Of a stretch of DNA of 64,000 nucleotides, positions 29,068 through 38,394 are shown piece by piece (positions within the stretch are counted from its first letter, which is position 1; every line of letters begins with the position of its first letter). The translations under genes and the position numbers were made by a program. The stretch is from a virus (taxonomy: Duplodnaviria; Caudoviricetes). The DNA lies in the IMG/VR virus record IMGVR_UViG_3300025723_000017, positions 32,001 through 96,000 of that record; one strand, written 5' to 3'. Below the pieces are notes generated by a model that saw only the letters and a program-made list of their open reading frames with translations, was not told the origin of the DNA and did no database searches.

Positions 29068-30171
29068 ATGAGTAAAGAACAATATAATTTGAAGAATAAA
29101 ACTGACTATCTTAGTCGTAAGATGTTTCTAGATCCCGCCGGCCCAGTTACTGTACAACGGTTCGAAGAAGTGAAATACAATAAGTTAACAAAATTCGATG
29201 CCGAAGCTCGTGGATTCTTTTGGGTGCCGGAAGAAATTAGTTTAACCAAAGATGCAGGTGATTTTAAAGAAGCAAGTAATACAGTAAAACATATTTTTAC
29301 CAGTAATTTATTAAGACAAACTGCATTGGATAGTTTACAAGGTCGTGGCCCAACACAAGTATTTACACCAGTATGCAGTATACCTGAACTAGAAGCGTTG
29401 ATGTATAACTGGGGATTTTTCGAAACAAATATTCACAGTCGATCATATAGCCATATCATTCGTAATATTTACAATGTGCCTAAAGATGAGTTTAATAAAA
29501 TTCATGAAACAAAAGAAATCATTGAGATGGCATCGAGTATCGGAAAATACTATGATGAATTACATCGTCTCAATTGTATCAAAGAACTAGAGATCAGTGG
29601 GTTAACTGAACAAACTCATATTAATGCTATATGGTTAGCACTTAATGCCAGCTATGGATTAGAAGCGTTTCGTTTTATGGTATCATTCGCTACAAGTTTA
29701 GCCATGGTGGAAAATCGTATCTTTATTGGTAACGGTAATATTATCAGCTTGATTCTACAAGACGAAATTCTACACAAAGAATGGACAGGTTGGATTATCA
29801 ATCAAGTTGTTAAAGAAGATCCGCGGTTTGCTCGTGCTAAACAGGAATGTGAAGCAGAAGTTTATCAGATGTATTTAGATGTTATACAAGAGGAGAAACG
29901 ATGGGCTGACTATTTGTTTAATCAAGGTCCAGTAATTGGACTCAATGCTAACATTCTAAAGGACTTTGTTGATTATACTGCAATGATTTCACTGAAAGAG
30001 ATTGGTATTAAGTATCAAAATTCTGCACCCAAAACTACACCAATCCCATGGTTCAACAAACATGTCAATGTAAGCAATAAACAATCTGCGTTACAGGAAA
30101 CCGAATCAACAAATTATGTAATCGGTGTTATGGGCGATACTTTAGACTATACTGCACTGCCTGATTTATAA
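29068..30171 (+). CDS. nrdB: ribonucleotide reductase beta
   Basis: FFW.PEE, LDSLQ, E..IHSRSY, DE..H, QE.E..Y. Confidence 0.97.
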   Translation: MSKEQYNLKNKTDYLSRKMFLDPAGPVTVQRFEEVKYNKLTKFDAEARGFFWVPEEISLTKDAGDFKEASNTVKHIFTSNLLRQTALDSLQGRGPTQVFTPVCSIPELEALMYNWGFFETNIHSRSYSHIIRNIYNVPKDEFNKIHETKEIIEMASSIGKYYDELHRLNCIKELEISGLTEQTHINAIWLALNASYGLEAFRFMVSFATSLAMVENRIFIGNGNIISLILQDEILHKEWTGWIINQVVKEDPRFARAKQECEAEVYQMYLDVIQEEKRWADYLFNQGPVIGLNANILKDFVDYTAMISLKEIGIKYQNSAPKTTPIPWFNKHVNVSNKQSALQETESTNYVIGVMGDTLDYTALPDL

Positions 30172-30173
30172 AA

Positions 30174-30332
30174 TTAAATTCTTACAGTAGTCCATTTAGC
30201 ATCAAATTTTTTGCCTTTAGCTTTATGTTTTACAATTTTGCGGAATTCTTCTTTACGTAATTCCGCAATTTTGTTGTCATCATGTTCTAAACAGGCTTGG
30301 TAAAGTCTAGTAATTAATTTTTTTTGTTTCAT
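30174..30332 (-). CDS. 52-aa basic protein (not in ORF track)
   Basis: GGAG SD, TAAATA upstream, [11 protein letters not shown]...WTTVRI*. Confidence 0.7.
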   Translation of the reverse strand: MKQKKLITRLYQACLEHDDNKIAELRKEEFRKIVKHKAKGKKFDAKWTTVRI

Positions 30333-30386
30333 ATCTTCTCCATGTAATAAAATTGTAATAAAAGTATTTAGTATATAAAAATAAAA

Positions 30387-31262
30387 TTAGATTACAGTCA
30401 AATGTTCTTGTATTAGTTGTATTGCTCGTTCTTTGTCGGCTCCCTTTGGGGTTCCAATTTCGCCTGATTTGACTGATATCATGGAACGAAATAATCCTTT
30501 GATACGGGCAAAACTACGGGGATTTTTAATTTTAGTTTTAATTTCTGAAACAAAATTTTCAAAGTTATCTGTTATATGATATCCAGACAATAGATACAAC
30601 ACATGTGTGAAATGAGTAGATGTCCAGATTATTTCCCGACTAATTTGATTAAAAGTGCCTGCTGCATACCGCACTCGTCTTAACTGTAGTTCACTACTGG
30701 ATAAATTAAATTCATATTCCTCATCTGGACCTAACTTATCCGGACCAAATGGAAGCTGCAATCTTATAAAAAGCTCTTCGATGGGATTTTCCAATGTAGC
30801 AACTTTGACTAATCCCAGTATCAAGCCTTGCATTGGTGCCGTCAGATTTAAAAACTTTATTTTAAAATCAGCCTCCTCGCCACTAGTCGCAATAATATTA
30901 TCTATTTGTGCAGAATAACCCAATTTGGAATCATAATATCTTACCGTTACAATTTCACCTGAATTATATGTGCGTCGATCTAGATATTTAGGATTACTAA
31001 AGGGTATAATAACATCTACTGGTTGATTGTTAAAAAACTCAACCAGTGACTTTTTAAGAGTTGTTTTGGTCAATTTGGTGCGAAAACACACAACTAAATC
31101 CATATCGCCAAATGTTTCTTTATCTAAATCTGAATTATAGCTGCCGGTTGGTGCCATGTAATACGGCTCAGAAAACTGCTTAATAAGATAAAAATAGCTT
31201 GTCATAAACTGTTGGAAATCTTTTCGACTTCTAATACGGTCTGCGCCTGCTACCCCACTCAT
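30387..31262 (-). CDS. Pol-beta superfamily nucleotidyltransferase
   Basis: TGS...GDMDLVV and downstream QID. Confidence 0.7.
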   Translation of the reverse strand: MSGVAGADRIRSRKDFQQFMTSYFYLIKQFSEPYYMAPTGSYNSDLDKETFGDMDLVVCFRTKLTKTTLKKSLVEFFNNQPVDVIIPFSNPKYLDRRTYNSGEIVTVRYYDSKLGYSAQIDNIIATSGEEADFKIKFLNLTAPMQGLILGLVKVATLENPIEELFIRLQLPFGPDKLGPDEEYEFNLSSSELQLRRVRYAAGTFNQISREIIWTSTHFTHVLYLLSGYHITDNFENFVSEIKTKIKNPRSFARIKGLFRSMISVKSGEIGTPKGADKERAIQLIQEHLTVI

Positions 31263-31645
31263 AGCAACTCCTCAGATTTTTCAAAAGCTATAATCGCTGG
31301 TAGTATCAATATAGCTCGTTGATCACCTAATGCCGTCAACACGCGAACTTGATTTATTGGTAATGATAGATAATCAGCCGATTCGGGCCAGACAATTAAG
31401 GCTAATATGGCAGAACATGCCACAGAATAAACTGTCGACGTATATACCGCAGAAGCCGCGTTTAAAGCCTCTCGTACAATGAATTTAAATTCGACTGCAT
31501 TTCTGGCTGCCTCATGACGTGCATCCCAAGTAGTTTTGTTAATCACATCCCACGCCGCACTCAAGTTGGCTAGATTGGGTTTTAGATCGGCTAAGATTCG
31601 ATCTATATGTGCGGCATTGGGTAGGTGACTCCAAGCTGTGGTCAT
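31259..31645 (-). CDS. Ala-rich hypothetical protein
   Basis: ATGA overlaps on both sides; AAWD/AAR motifs. Confidence 0.7.
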   Translation of the reverse strand: MTTAWSHLPNAAHIDRILADLKPNLANLSAAWDVINKTTWDARHEAARNAVEFKFIVREALNAASAVYTSTVYSVACSAILALIVWPESADYLSLPINQVRVLTALGDQRAILILPAIIAFEKSEELL

Positions 31646-32586
31646 AATGCCGCCCTCAACTTAGAATCTTCTGGCAAAAACTTACCAGTCAATTGCAATC
31701 GATCTCGTCTATCTAACCATTCTGCTTGTAAGTCATCAGGAATATCAGCACGGGTGTGATCCAAAATTTCAAAATAGATATCAATCATTCGGTCATAATC
31801 AGCTGTTGAAAGTTGATATTGTAACAGAGTATTGAGTTTGTAATAATCTTCAGCGATACTACGTGTAATATCAACCCCAAGTCTTTGGTTGAGAATTGTT
31901 AGGGCCTGATCTGGTTCAGTAGCCAACATCATTTTACTGATCCTATCTTTAACACCAACTCCATGACTGAATGATAATCCAGCGACACGAAACGCCGATA
32001 ACATTAGTTGTGTACGATGTAATCCTTTGACATTCGAATCTGTACAATATTCTGCCGAATAGTATGAGAACCTTAACCAATCCAAATCTCCCACCATCCA
32101 ATCAATTTGCACGCCTGCATCAATGTCATTTAACTGTGCATCTTTTTGTGGAAATAGAGTAAACATTCCGCCTACGTCTACTTTCTTTTCATTGCAATGT
32201 ATACTAGTAGCATTTTTATTGATATATTTGGTCAAATGAATCAGGAACGCCTTAATACGTAATTGATCGTCTGTAGAAGTGATCGCCCTGCGTTTAAGTT
32301 TATTAAAAGTAATAGATACTTCTGATGGATCAATGTTCCATTGCGCTACTGCATTGTCTGACAAATCTTTATCTAATATAGTTGAAGGGGCAACCCCCAA
32401 ATCGATATCACCTGACTGGGGCTTCTTGCCAGTAGATCCTAGTGATTCAAATTGAATATTATTAAAAATATCTGCTTTATTTGGAAACAATTCACACAAT
32501 TCAGAAAAATATGCAGACAATGTTGGCTTGATATTTTCTCTTAAAATTGGGGTTGTTTTACCAGTAAAGACATTGCCGCCCATCAT
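31642..32586 (-). CDS. Pol-beta superfamily nucleotidyltransferase
   Basis: GGNVF, LGSTGKK..SGDIDL, VQIDWM. Confidence 0.75.
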   Translation of the reverse strand: MMGGNVFTGKTTPILRENIKPTLSAYFSELCELFPNKADIFNNIQFESLGSTGKKPQSGDIDLGVAPSTILDKDLSDNAVAQWNIDPSEVSITFNKLKRRAITSTDDQLRIKAFLIHLTKYINKNATSIHCNEKKVDVGGMFTLFPQKDAQLNDIDAGVQIDWMVGDLDWLRFSYYSAEYCTDSNVKGLHRTQLMLSAFRVAGLSFSHGVGVKDRISKMMLATEPDQALTILNQRLGVDITRSIAEDYYKLNTLLQYQLSTADYDRMIDIYFEILDHTRADIPDDLQAEWLDRRDRLQLTGKFLPEDSKLRAAL

Positions 32587-32612
32587 AAACTCCTAAAATT
32601 CGTATTATACAT

Positions 32613-32641
32613 ATTATAAATGATAATTAATATTACGTCAA
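32613..32641 (-). promoter_or_regulatory. sigma70 promoter for the NTase operon
   Basis: TTGACG-17-TATAAT on minus strand. Confidence 0.75.
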
Positions 32642-32708
32642 TATTTGAGTGTAGCATATTTGCAACGCACTAAATATCATGCTAAAATACAAAATTATAG
32701 GAAATAAT

Positions 32709-32936
32709 ATGTCAACAGCAATAGTATGGTCAAAAGATGGATGTCCATTTTGTGATCAAGCAAAATCATTATTAAAAATAAAAGGTATTGAATTTGAAGA
32801 ACGCAATGTTTCTCAAGATTGGACCAAAGAACAGTTATTAGAAGCTGTGCCAACGGCTACAACTGTACCACAAATCTTCCTAGATGATGCTTACATAGGC
32901 GGATTTACAGAATTACGCAAACATTTGCAAGGGTAA
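32709..32936 (+). CDS. glutaredoxin
   Basis: CPFC, TVPQIF, IGGF. Confidence 0.95.
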   Translation: MSTAIVWSKDGCPFCDQAKSLLKIKGIEFEERNVSQDWTKEQLLEAVPTATTVPQIFLDDAYIGGFTELRKHLQG

Positions 32937-32937
32937 T

Positions 32938-33240
32938 ATGAACATAGAAAAAGACACAGTATATACATTTAAGTTAAGCAATGCTGACGAAATTGTTTGT
33001 AAAGTAGTTGAGATTACAGATGATTCATACATTGTATCAAGTCCATTGAGTGCAGTGCCTACTGAGAAAGGGGTACAGCTTATTTTTACTATTTTCACAG
33101 GCGATCCGCGTGAAAATGTGACTATAAATAAAGCTACAGTGGCAATGGTCTGCACTACACGAGATGAAGTTAAAGATCATTACCTTGAAGCTACAACAGG
33201 TATTAAACCTATTCGTAAGCCTTCAATCATAATGGGATAA
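32938..33240 (+). CDS. Sm-like-fold hypothetical protein
   Basis: 'FKLSNADEIVC', beta-rich pattern, 'HY...TTGI'. Confidence 0.55.
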   Translation: MNIEKDTVYTFKLSNADEIVCKVVEITDDSYIVSSPLSAVPTEKGVQLIFTIFTGDPRENVTINKATVAMVCTTRDEVKDHYLEATTGIKPIRKPSIIMG

Positions 33241-33243
33241 TAT

Positions 33244-33522
33244 ATGGCAGGCGGCGTGGTAAGAGTTACAGATCCAAATTCATGTGGTGGATTTCCAGTC
33301 AATGGAGTTCCTTCTGTGCGTGTTAACGGAGTACCTATTGTAGTCAGTGGAACTTTAGTCACTCCGCATGTTAATTACCATTCCCCTCACACATCTGCGC
33401 ATACTATATCAGGTAGTCCTAATGTTAGAGCGGGTGGTATTCCTATAGTAACTGCCTCAGATTTTGACTCATGCGGACATCCTAGAGTTAATGCCAGCCC
33501 TAATGTTAGAGTAGGGTCATAA
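33244..33522 (+). CDS. PAAR spike-tip protein
   Basis: 'V.VNG.P','H..PH','GS.NV','D.CGH'. Confidence 0.9.
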   Translation: MAGGVVRVTDPNSCGGFPVNGVPSVRVNGVPIVVSGTLVTPHVNYHSPHTSAHTISGSPNVRAGGIPIVTASDFDSCGHPRVNASPNVRVGS

Positions 33523-34518
33523 ATGGCCCAGTCTGCTAGTTTATTAACTCCTTTTCAATTAACTGTTACTGATAGTTTATTACATAACGTAGGCATATCA
33601 GTTAATGCTGCATTTGTAACTGCCGAAGCTACCTTTAATTCTTTACCTTATGTAACCGCATTAAATTCAGCTATAGCTGCCTCTGGTGCTGTACCTGAAT
33701 TATCTAAGCCCATTTTTCTTCAATTGTATAATATAGGGGTAGGTAATTGTTCTACCTTAGGTGATAGCATACCTGTACATTCGGGAAATAATGTATATCC
33801 CAATAATATTTTATTTTCAAATTTGTTACTGGACACAGCATATTCTTATATGGGGCAAGGTGCCACTGGAGGCAATAAAGATTTAAGTATTTTCTGTCAA
33901 GGATTCGGGGCACTTGTCGGTTATAACGGTATTACCAATAATTTTATTAATTCAGCGGTTAACAGCCAAACATATTTAAGCGGAACTTATACCAACGCTG
34001 ATAATATGGTCAGTGGTGGTATTACTAGTGTTAATCTTTGTACTGAACAATGGGGTAATGATCTTGCTAAATTAGGTGGACTAATTGACCTCAGCAATCT
34101 TAGTGAGCTTGGCACTCCACTGGCTTTAGTTAAACAATTAGCCAAAGTTGGCGGTATTACGCCAGATCTTACATTATATTTTTCAAACGCAGGAGTCAGC
34201 TTAGATGTGGTAGTAAATTTATCATCACTGAATCTTACTGCAACTGATGCTGATCAAAAAGCCATGTATAATGCGATGACGCAGATTACTGGAACAGCAT
34301 TAACACAAATATTAAAAATATTAAATGTCACAACTGCCAATATTAACACAATGGCTGATTTACTAAATCCTTATAAAATATTTCCAAATAGTTTCCAGAC
34401 GCTAACATTCACTGGAACAAATGGAGTTAGTCAAAATATTTACTTGAATGCCAGCGGAACTGTCAATGATACTATACAACAGTATTTGCCAAGAATAGCA
34501 GTGAGCACATTATCATGA
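33523..34518 (+). CDS. probable baseplate/structural protein
   Basis: Follows PAAR; composition typical of virion proteins. Confidence 0.5.
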   Translation: MAQSASLLTPFQLTVTDSLLHNVGISVNAAFVTAEATFNSLPYVTALNSAIAASGAVPELSKPIFLQLYNIGVGNCSTLGDSIPVHSGNNVYPNNILFSNLLLDTAYSYMGQGATGGNKDLSIFCQGFGALVGYNGITNNFINSAVNSQTYLSGTYTNADNMVSGGITSVNLCTEQWGNDLAKLGGLIDLSNLSELGTPLALVKQLAKVGGITPDLTLYFSNAGVSLDVVVNLSSLNLTATDADQKAMYNAMTQITGTALTQILKILNVTTANINTMADLLNPYKIFPNSFQTLTFTGTNGVSQNIYLNASGTVNDTIQQYLPRIAVSTLS

Positions 34519-35474
34519 CTGCATTAGATCGTTTAAGTCAAATTATTCCTCCTGCACAAGCTCTAGCTAATAAAGCATTGTCAGTTGCATTACAACAAAT
34601 AACAAATATAGCATCTTTAAACCTGCCACAATTTGCTAATGCTGTTAGTGGGGTACAGACTAATTATGGATTGCCACTAGTTAATTCGCAAACTACCGCG
34701 GTAGATCCAGCAGTGGCACAAAATCTGATTAATACATTAGGAACAGGCTCAGGTCCTAATGGTACACTTACCATAGATGATTCAATGGGGTTGGCAGCTG
34801 GAGTCGTAGTTACTGGTGCGCTAACCAATACAATTACAATACTTAATTCGATGAATTTATCTAATCTAGTTAGTATATACAATGACATAACAGCCACTGC
34901 CACTGGCACGTATGGTCCTCCGACTGGACCAATTACTATTACAACTGGGCCAGCTATTGGAACTTATGATAATATAGACGCAGCATTTGCAGGACAAACA
35001 GCGAATCTAACAAGTAATACTGCCGGAGGAAAAGGGCTTATCCCATCAGTTAATTCAAATGTTATTCCCGCCATTATTACATTATATCCAAGTCAAACCG
35101 CTAATTTAAATACAAATTGGAATAACATGATGACTCAGTTGAATAATGAAAAAACTATTCAAAAGAGTGCTAGTATCCAATTCGCTAATATGACTGCCAG
35201 TAGTAATCCTGCAATATATAGTTTTGTTTTATCCCTACCATATTATGGACAAGACACCATAGCCAATGGAGCTTTTCAATATCTCGAATCAGTGGCCGAT
35301 ACAAGTACTCTCGGCGGACAAACTCTAATTGCAGCGTTGCGCCAAGGACAGTCAAACATCAGTACTTCAGGATTGGTTACTACTAGTAATATACCATTGG
35401 CACCAAACCCCCCTGCACCAACTGCTAATTTAACTGTATCTCAGTATCCATACCCACTACCGCCTGCTAGCTAA
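34515..35474 (+). CDS. probable baseplate/structural protein
   Basis: ATGA coupling; Thr/Asn/Ala-rich. Confidence 0.5.
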   Translation: MTALDRLSQIIPPAQALANKALSVALQQITNIASLNLPQFANAVSGVQTNYGLPLVNSQTTAVDPAVAQNLINTLGTGSGPNGTLTIDDSMGLAAGVVVTGALTNTITILNSMNLSNLVSIYNDITATATGTYGPPTGPITITTGPAIGTYDNIDAAFAGQTANLTSNTAGGKGLIPSVNSNVIPAIITLYPSQTANLNTNWNNMMTQLNNEKTIQKSASIQFANMTASSNPAIYSFVLSLPYYGQDTIANGAFQYLESVADTSTLGGQTLIAALRQGQSNISTSGLVTTSNIPLAPNPPAPTANLTVSQYPYPLPPAS

Positions 35475-35491
35475 TCTAACTAAATAATTGT

Positions 35492-36184
35492 ATGAGAGCA
35501 AAAGAATTTATCACTGAATTGACATTTATGGGAAGTCCATGCACTAAAGATTGTAGTGGACATCGAGCGGGATATGAATGGGGCAAATTAAATGGACAGG
35601 AAGCCGTAACACCTAGTCAAAGTTTTAATAAAGGCACTTATATATCACAAAACTATAAAGAAAGACAACAAGGTGGCGGAAAAGTTAAAGGTCAACTAAG
35701 CCAAAGCCCCAGTGCTATACGTAGACGAGAACAACGTGCGCAGTCTCGACAACCAACTGCTCCTGTAGCCGAAGCAACAGGCGACGCAAGTTTTGATCAA
35801 ATGATGCAAAATATTACAAATCCAAATGCATTAGATGCACATGCTCGAGATGAACGTGTTAGAACTGCTGATCATGAATTTTTACAATTAGGTGATCATA
35901 TATGGGCGCATTTAGAAAAATTAGGTAAGCAAATACTTAATAAACCACAAAGACTTAACTGGTACAACCAATCAATTAAGTCAGGTGATTACGATGCAAT
36001 ATCCGATTGGCTAACACAAGTACTAGGCATCAGCCACGAAATTTTAGAAAAATTAAATCAACTGTGTTATGAATGGGGTCGTCCACTAATAGAATTTGTC
36101 GAATCTGTACAAGAAGGTACCTTTGCACAGGATTATATGCAGCATTGGAAACAATATAAATTACATGCCGAGGGCAGCGATTAA
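35492..36184 (+). CDS. probable internal head protein
   Basis: TAAATA promoter, MRAKEFITE start, CTKDCSGHRAGY motif. Confidence 0.55.
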   Translation: MRAKEFITELTFMGSPCTKDCSGHRAGYEWGKLNGQEAVTPSQSFNKGTYISQNYKERQQGGGKVKGQLSQSPSAIRRREQRAQSRQPTAPVAEATGDASFDQMMQNITNPNALDAHARDERVRTADHEFLQLGDHIWAHLEKLGKQILNKPQRLNWYNQSIKSGDYDAISDWLTQVLGISHEILEKLNQLCYEWGRPLIEFVESVQEGTFAQDYMQHWKQYKLHAEGSD

Positions 36185-36211
36185 GTCGTTGCACACTCAC
36201 AACATTACCAA

Positions 36212-36240
36212 TTGACACTTAATTACCAAATTGCTATAAT
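36212..36240 (+). promoter_or_regulatory. sigma70 promoter
   Basis: TTGACA-17-TATAAT. Confidence 0.85.
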
Positions 36241-36268
36241 TTGATATTATAACAATTTGGGATTTAAC

Positions 36269-36868
36269 ATGGACAACAAATTATTGTCTTATATTGTGTT
36301 TGGTCTAGCCGCAGTTTTTGTAGTTCATACGGAAATACGTATGGATAAAATCGAAGCTCGTATAGAAAGACTTGAATCTCGCGTAGATAAAATCGAACGT
36401 CAATTTGATCGTATCGAACGACAAATGGATCGTATTGAAGAAAAATTAGACGAAATTATCCATATCAAAGAATCGATTGTATATACTCCCAAAGAATTAG
36501 AATGTCTAACTAAAAATATTTACTATGAAGCCGGCATTGAAGATCGTACAGGTAAGTATGCAGTGGCCAATGTTACTGTCAATCGTATGAAGTCAGGTAA
36601 ATGGGGCAAAGATTTATGCAAGGTCGTATATGCACCTAAACAGTTTAGTTGGACGATAAAAAGTCATTTGCCTAAACCCTACAAAGATTTGTGGGAAGAT
36701 TCACAACAGATTGCAGTTGATGTTCTGTCAGGTGCCCGGGTACGCGGGTTAAAGGATAGTTTATTTTATCACGCAAATTATATCAAAGTACCAAATTGGG
36801 CCGATGCAAATGAATATGTTATTACCATCGGTCGACATATTTTTTACAATCGTGCAAAACTAGCTTGA
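36269..36868 (+). CDS. SleB/Hydrolase_2 cell-wall hydrolase with TM anchor and coiled coil
   Basis: CL..NIYYEA, VA.VT.NR, QFSW, FYHA.Y, IGRHIFY. Confidence 0.9.
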   Translation: MDNKLLSYIVFGLAAVFVVHTEIRMDKIEARIERLESRVDKIERQFDRIERQMDRIEEKLDEIIHIKESIVYTPKELECLTKNIYYEAGIEDRTGKYAVANVTVNRMKSGKWGKDLCKVVYAPKQFSWTIKSHLPKPYKDLWEDSQQIAVDVLSGARVRGLKDSLFYHANYIKVPNWADANEYVITIGRHIFYNRAKLA

Positions 36869-36893
36869 CAATTAGTTGTTAGTTAGTTATAAT
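36865..36893 (+). promoter_or_regulatory. sigma70 promoter
   Basis: TTGACA-17-TATAAT. Confidence 0.85.
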
Positions 36894-36923
36894 ATTCATA
36901 TAATTAATCAATCAGGTTGTGTT

Positions 36924-37634
36924 ATGTATAATTTTCAAGCTCGTAGTACACCTTACACATATCGTAAATCAGTGAACAAAAAAATTCCTATTGTAGTTAA
37001 TTTAGTTCCAGCTGACCAAGTGTGGGCCACCGCAGCCTATGCTGACCGCGTTAACGGTGGATTTTACTTTAAAGAAACTCAGTACGAAAACGAAGTTGTT
37101 AAATATGATGCTAATCGCACGATTATAAATCGTCTACTAGACCCTAGCTATATTAATAAAGATATTACAGAAGCAGATTATGAAATGGGCAGACTTGCTC
37201 GTGATTGGCACAAAGGTCGTACATTGATGGCAGCTATTAAACGTCCACTATCTGGCTTTGAATCTAACCTAGCAAAAGCTGCTAGTATGGATGAATTTGC
37301 GCTGGAAGTACATAAATTAGAAATTGCCACCATTGCCAGTCAGATCCGCAGCTACCGTCTTGGTGTAGTGGAAGAAGAAAAGATGTGGGGTACTGATACT
37401 ACGCCGCTAGCTGAGATTGGTGCAAAAGTACAATGTGAAATCGAAGTTATTAAATCAATTTACAGCCCGGCATATGACTGTGTTTTTATTCGCGCACTTA
37501 CGGTTGATACAAAAAAAGTATTACTGTTTACCTACCGTGAACCGTTTGTGGTTGGAACTATAATTACAATCAAAGGCACAGTTAAAGGACATCACCCAGA
37601 CTGTACTCAACTTAATCGTGTAAAGGTGTTATAA
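36924..37634 (+). CDS. hypothetical protein with C-terminal OB-fold-like domain
   Basis: 'IKGTVKGH...TQLNRVK'. Confidence 0.6.
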   Translation: MYNFQARSTPYTYRKSVNKKIPIVVNLVPADQVWATAAYADRVNGGFYFKETQYENEVVKYDANRTIINRLLDPSYINKDITEADYEMGRLARDWHKGRTLMAAIKRPLSGFESNLAKAASMDEFALEVHKLEIATIASQIRSYRLGVVEEEKMWGTDTTPLAEIGAKVQCEIEVIKSIYSPAYDCVFIRALTVDTKKVLLFTYREPFVVGTIITIKGTVKGHHPDCTQLNRVKVL

Positions 37635-38056
37635 TGGGATTAGATCAATACGCTTATGTCGCAACCAACGCTGGTATGCATGAGTCTTACTATTCAGATG
37701 AGAATTATGATAAAGAAGAAGATGATCCAACTAAGATCGCCGAGCCACGTGAATTGGCCTCCTGGCGCAAGCATCCGAATCTTCAGGGCTGGATGGAACG
37801 ACTTTGGGTAGAAAAAAACCCAGGTGCCGATGAAGAGACTGGGTATATGTTTAATGGTGTTGAACTAGAACTTACATGGGAAGACCTTGATAGGTTAGAA
37901 GCTGATGTAATAGCCGGGCAATTGCCTGATACTAAGGGATTCTTTTTTGGAAATAATGCAGACGATTATTATCGAGAATCCGATTTAAAATTTATTAGAG
38001 AAGCCAAAGCAGAAGTTTTTCTTGGACTTCGTGTATTTTACAACTCAAGTTGGTGA
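37634..38056 (+). CDS. acidic phage hypothetical protein
   Basis: MGLDQY, WRKHP.L.GWM, GFFFG, YNSSW. Confidence 0.75.
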   Translation: MGLDQYAYVATNAGMHESYYSDENYDKEEDDPTKIAEPRELASWRKHPNLQGWMERLWVEKNPGADEETGYMFNGVELELTWEDLDRLEADVIAGQLPDTKGFFFGNNADDYYRESDLKFIREAKAEVFLGLRVFYNSSW

Positions 38057-38058
38057 TT

Positions 38059-38361
38059 ATGCATTACGAATTCATCGGATGGAATACAAACGGCAACAGT
38101 GATAAGATCTGGGCAGTTGCCATGCTTTCTGGTACTGTCTATACCCAGTTAAATCATAAATGGATTATAGTATGGGGTCGGCGCGGTAAAAATCTACAGC
38201 ATAAAATAGTAGAGAGTGCCGACTGGGAGATTCGAACTCGAATTAATCAACAATTGCAGTCAGGATATCGAGAAATTAGCTACGATAATGTAGATGGCGT
38301 ATATCCAGGATTATCAGAGGCCTTGGAAAAAGTTTTTACTTGGGCATTATTAAAAATATAA
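38059..38361 (+). CDS. WGR-like domain protein
   Basis: SDKIW, WGRRG, GY. Confidence 0.55.
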   Translation: MHYEFIGWNTNGNSDKIWAVAMLSGTVYTQLNHKWIIVWGRRGKNLQHKIVESADWEIRTRINQQLQSGYREISYDNVDGVYPGLSEALEKVFTWALLKI

Positions 38362-38394
38362 CTGTATTATGACACAACGAGATTACTAAATATT

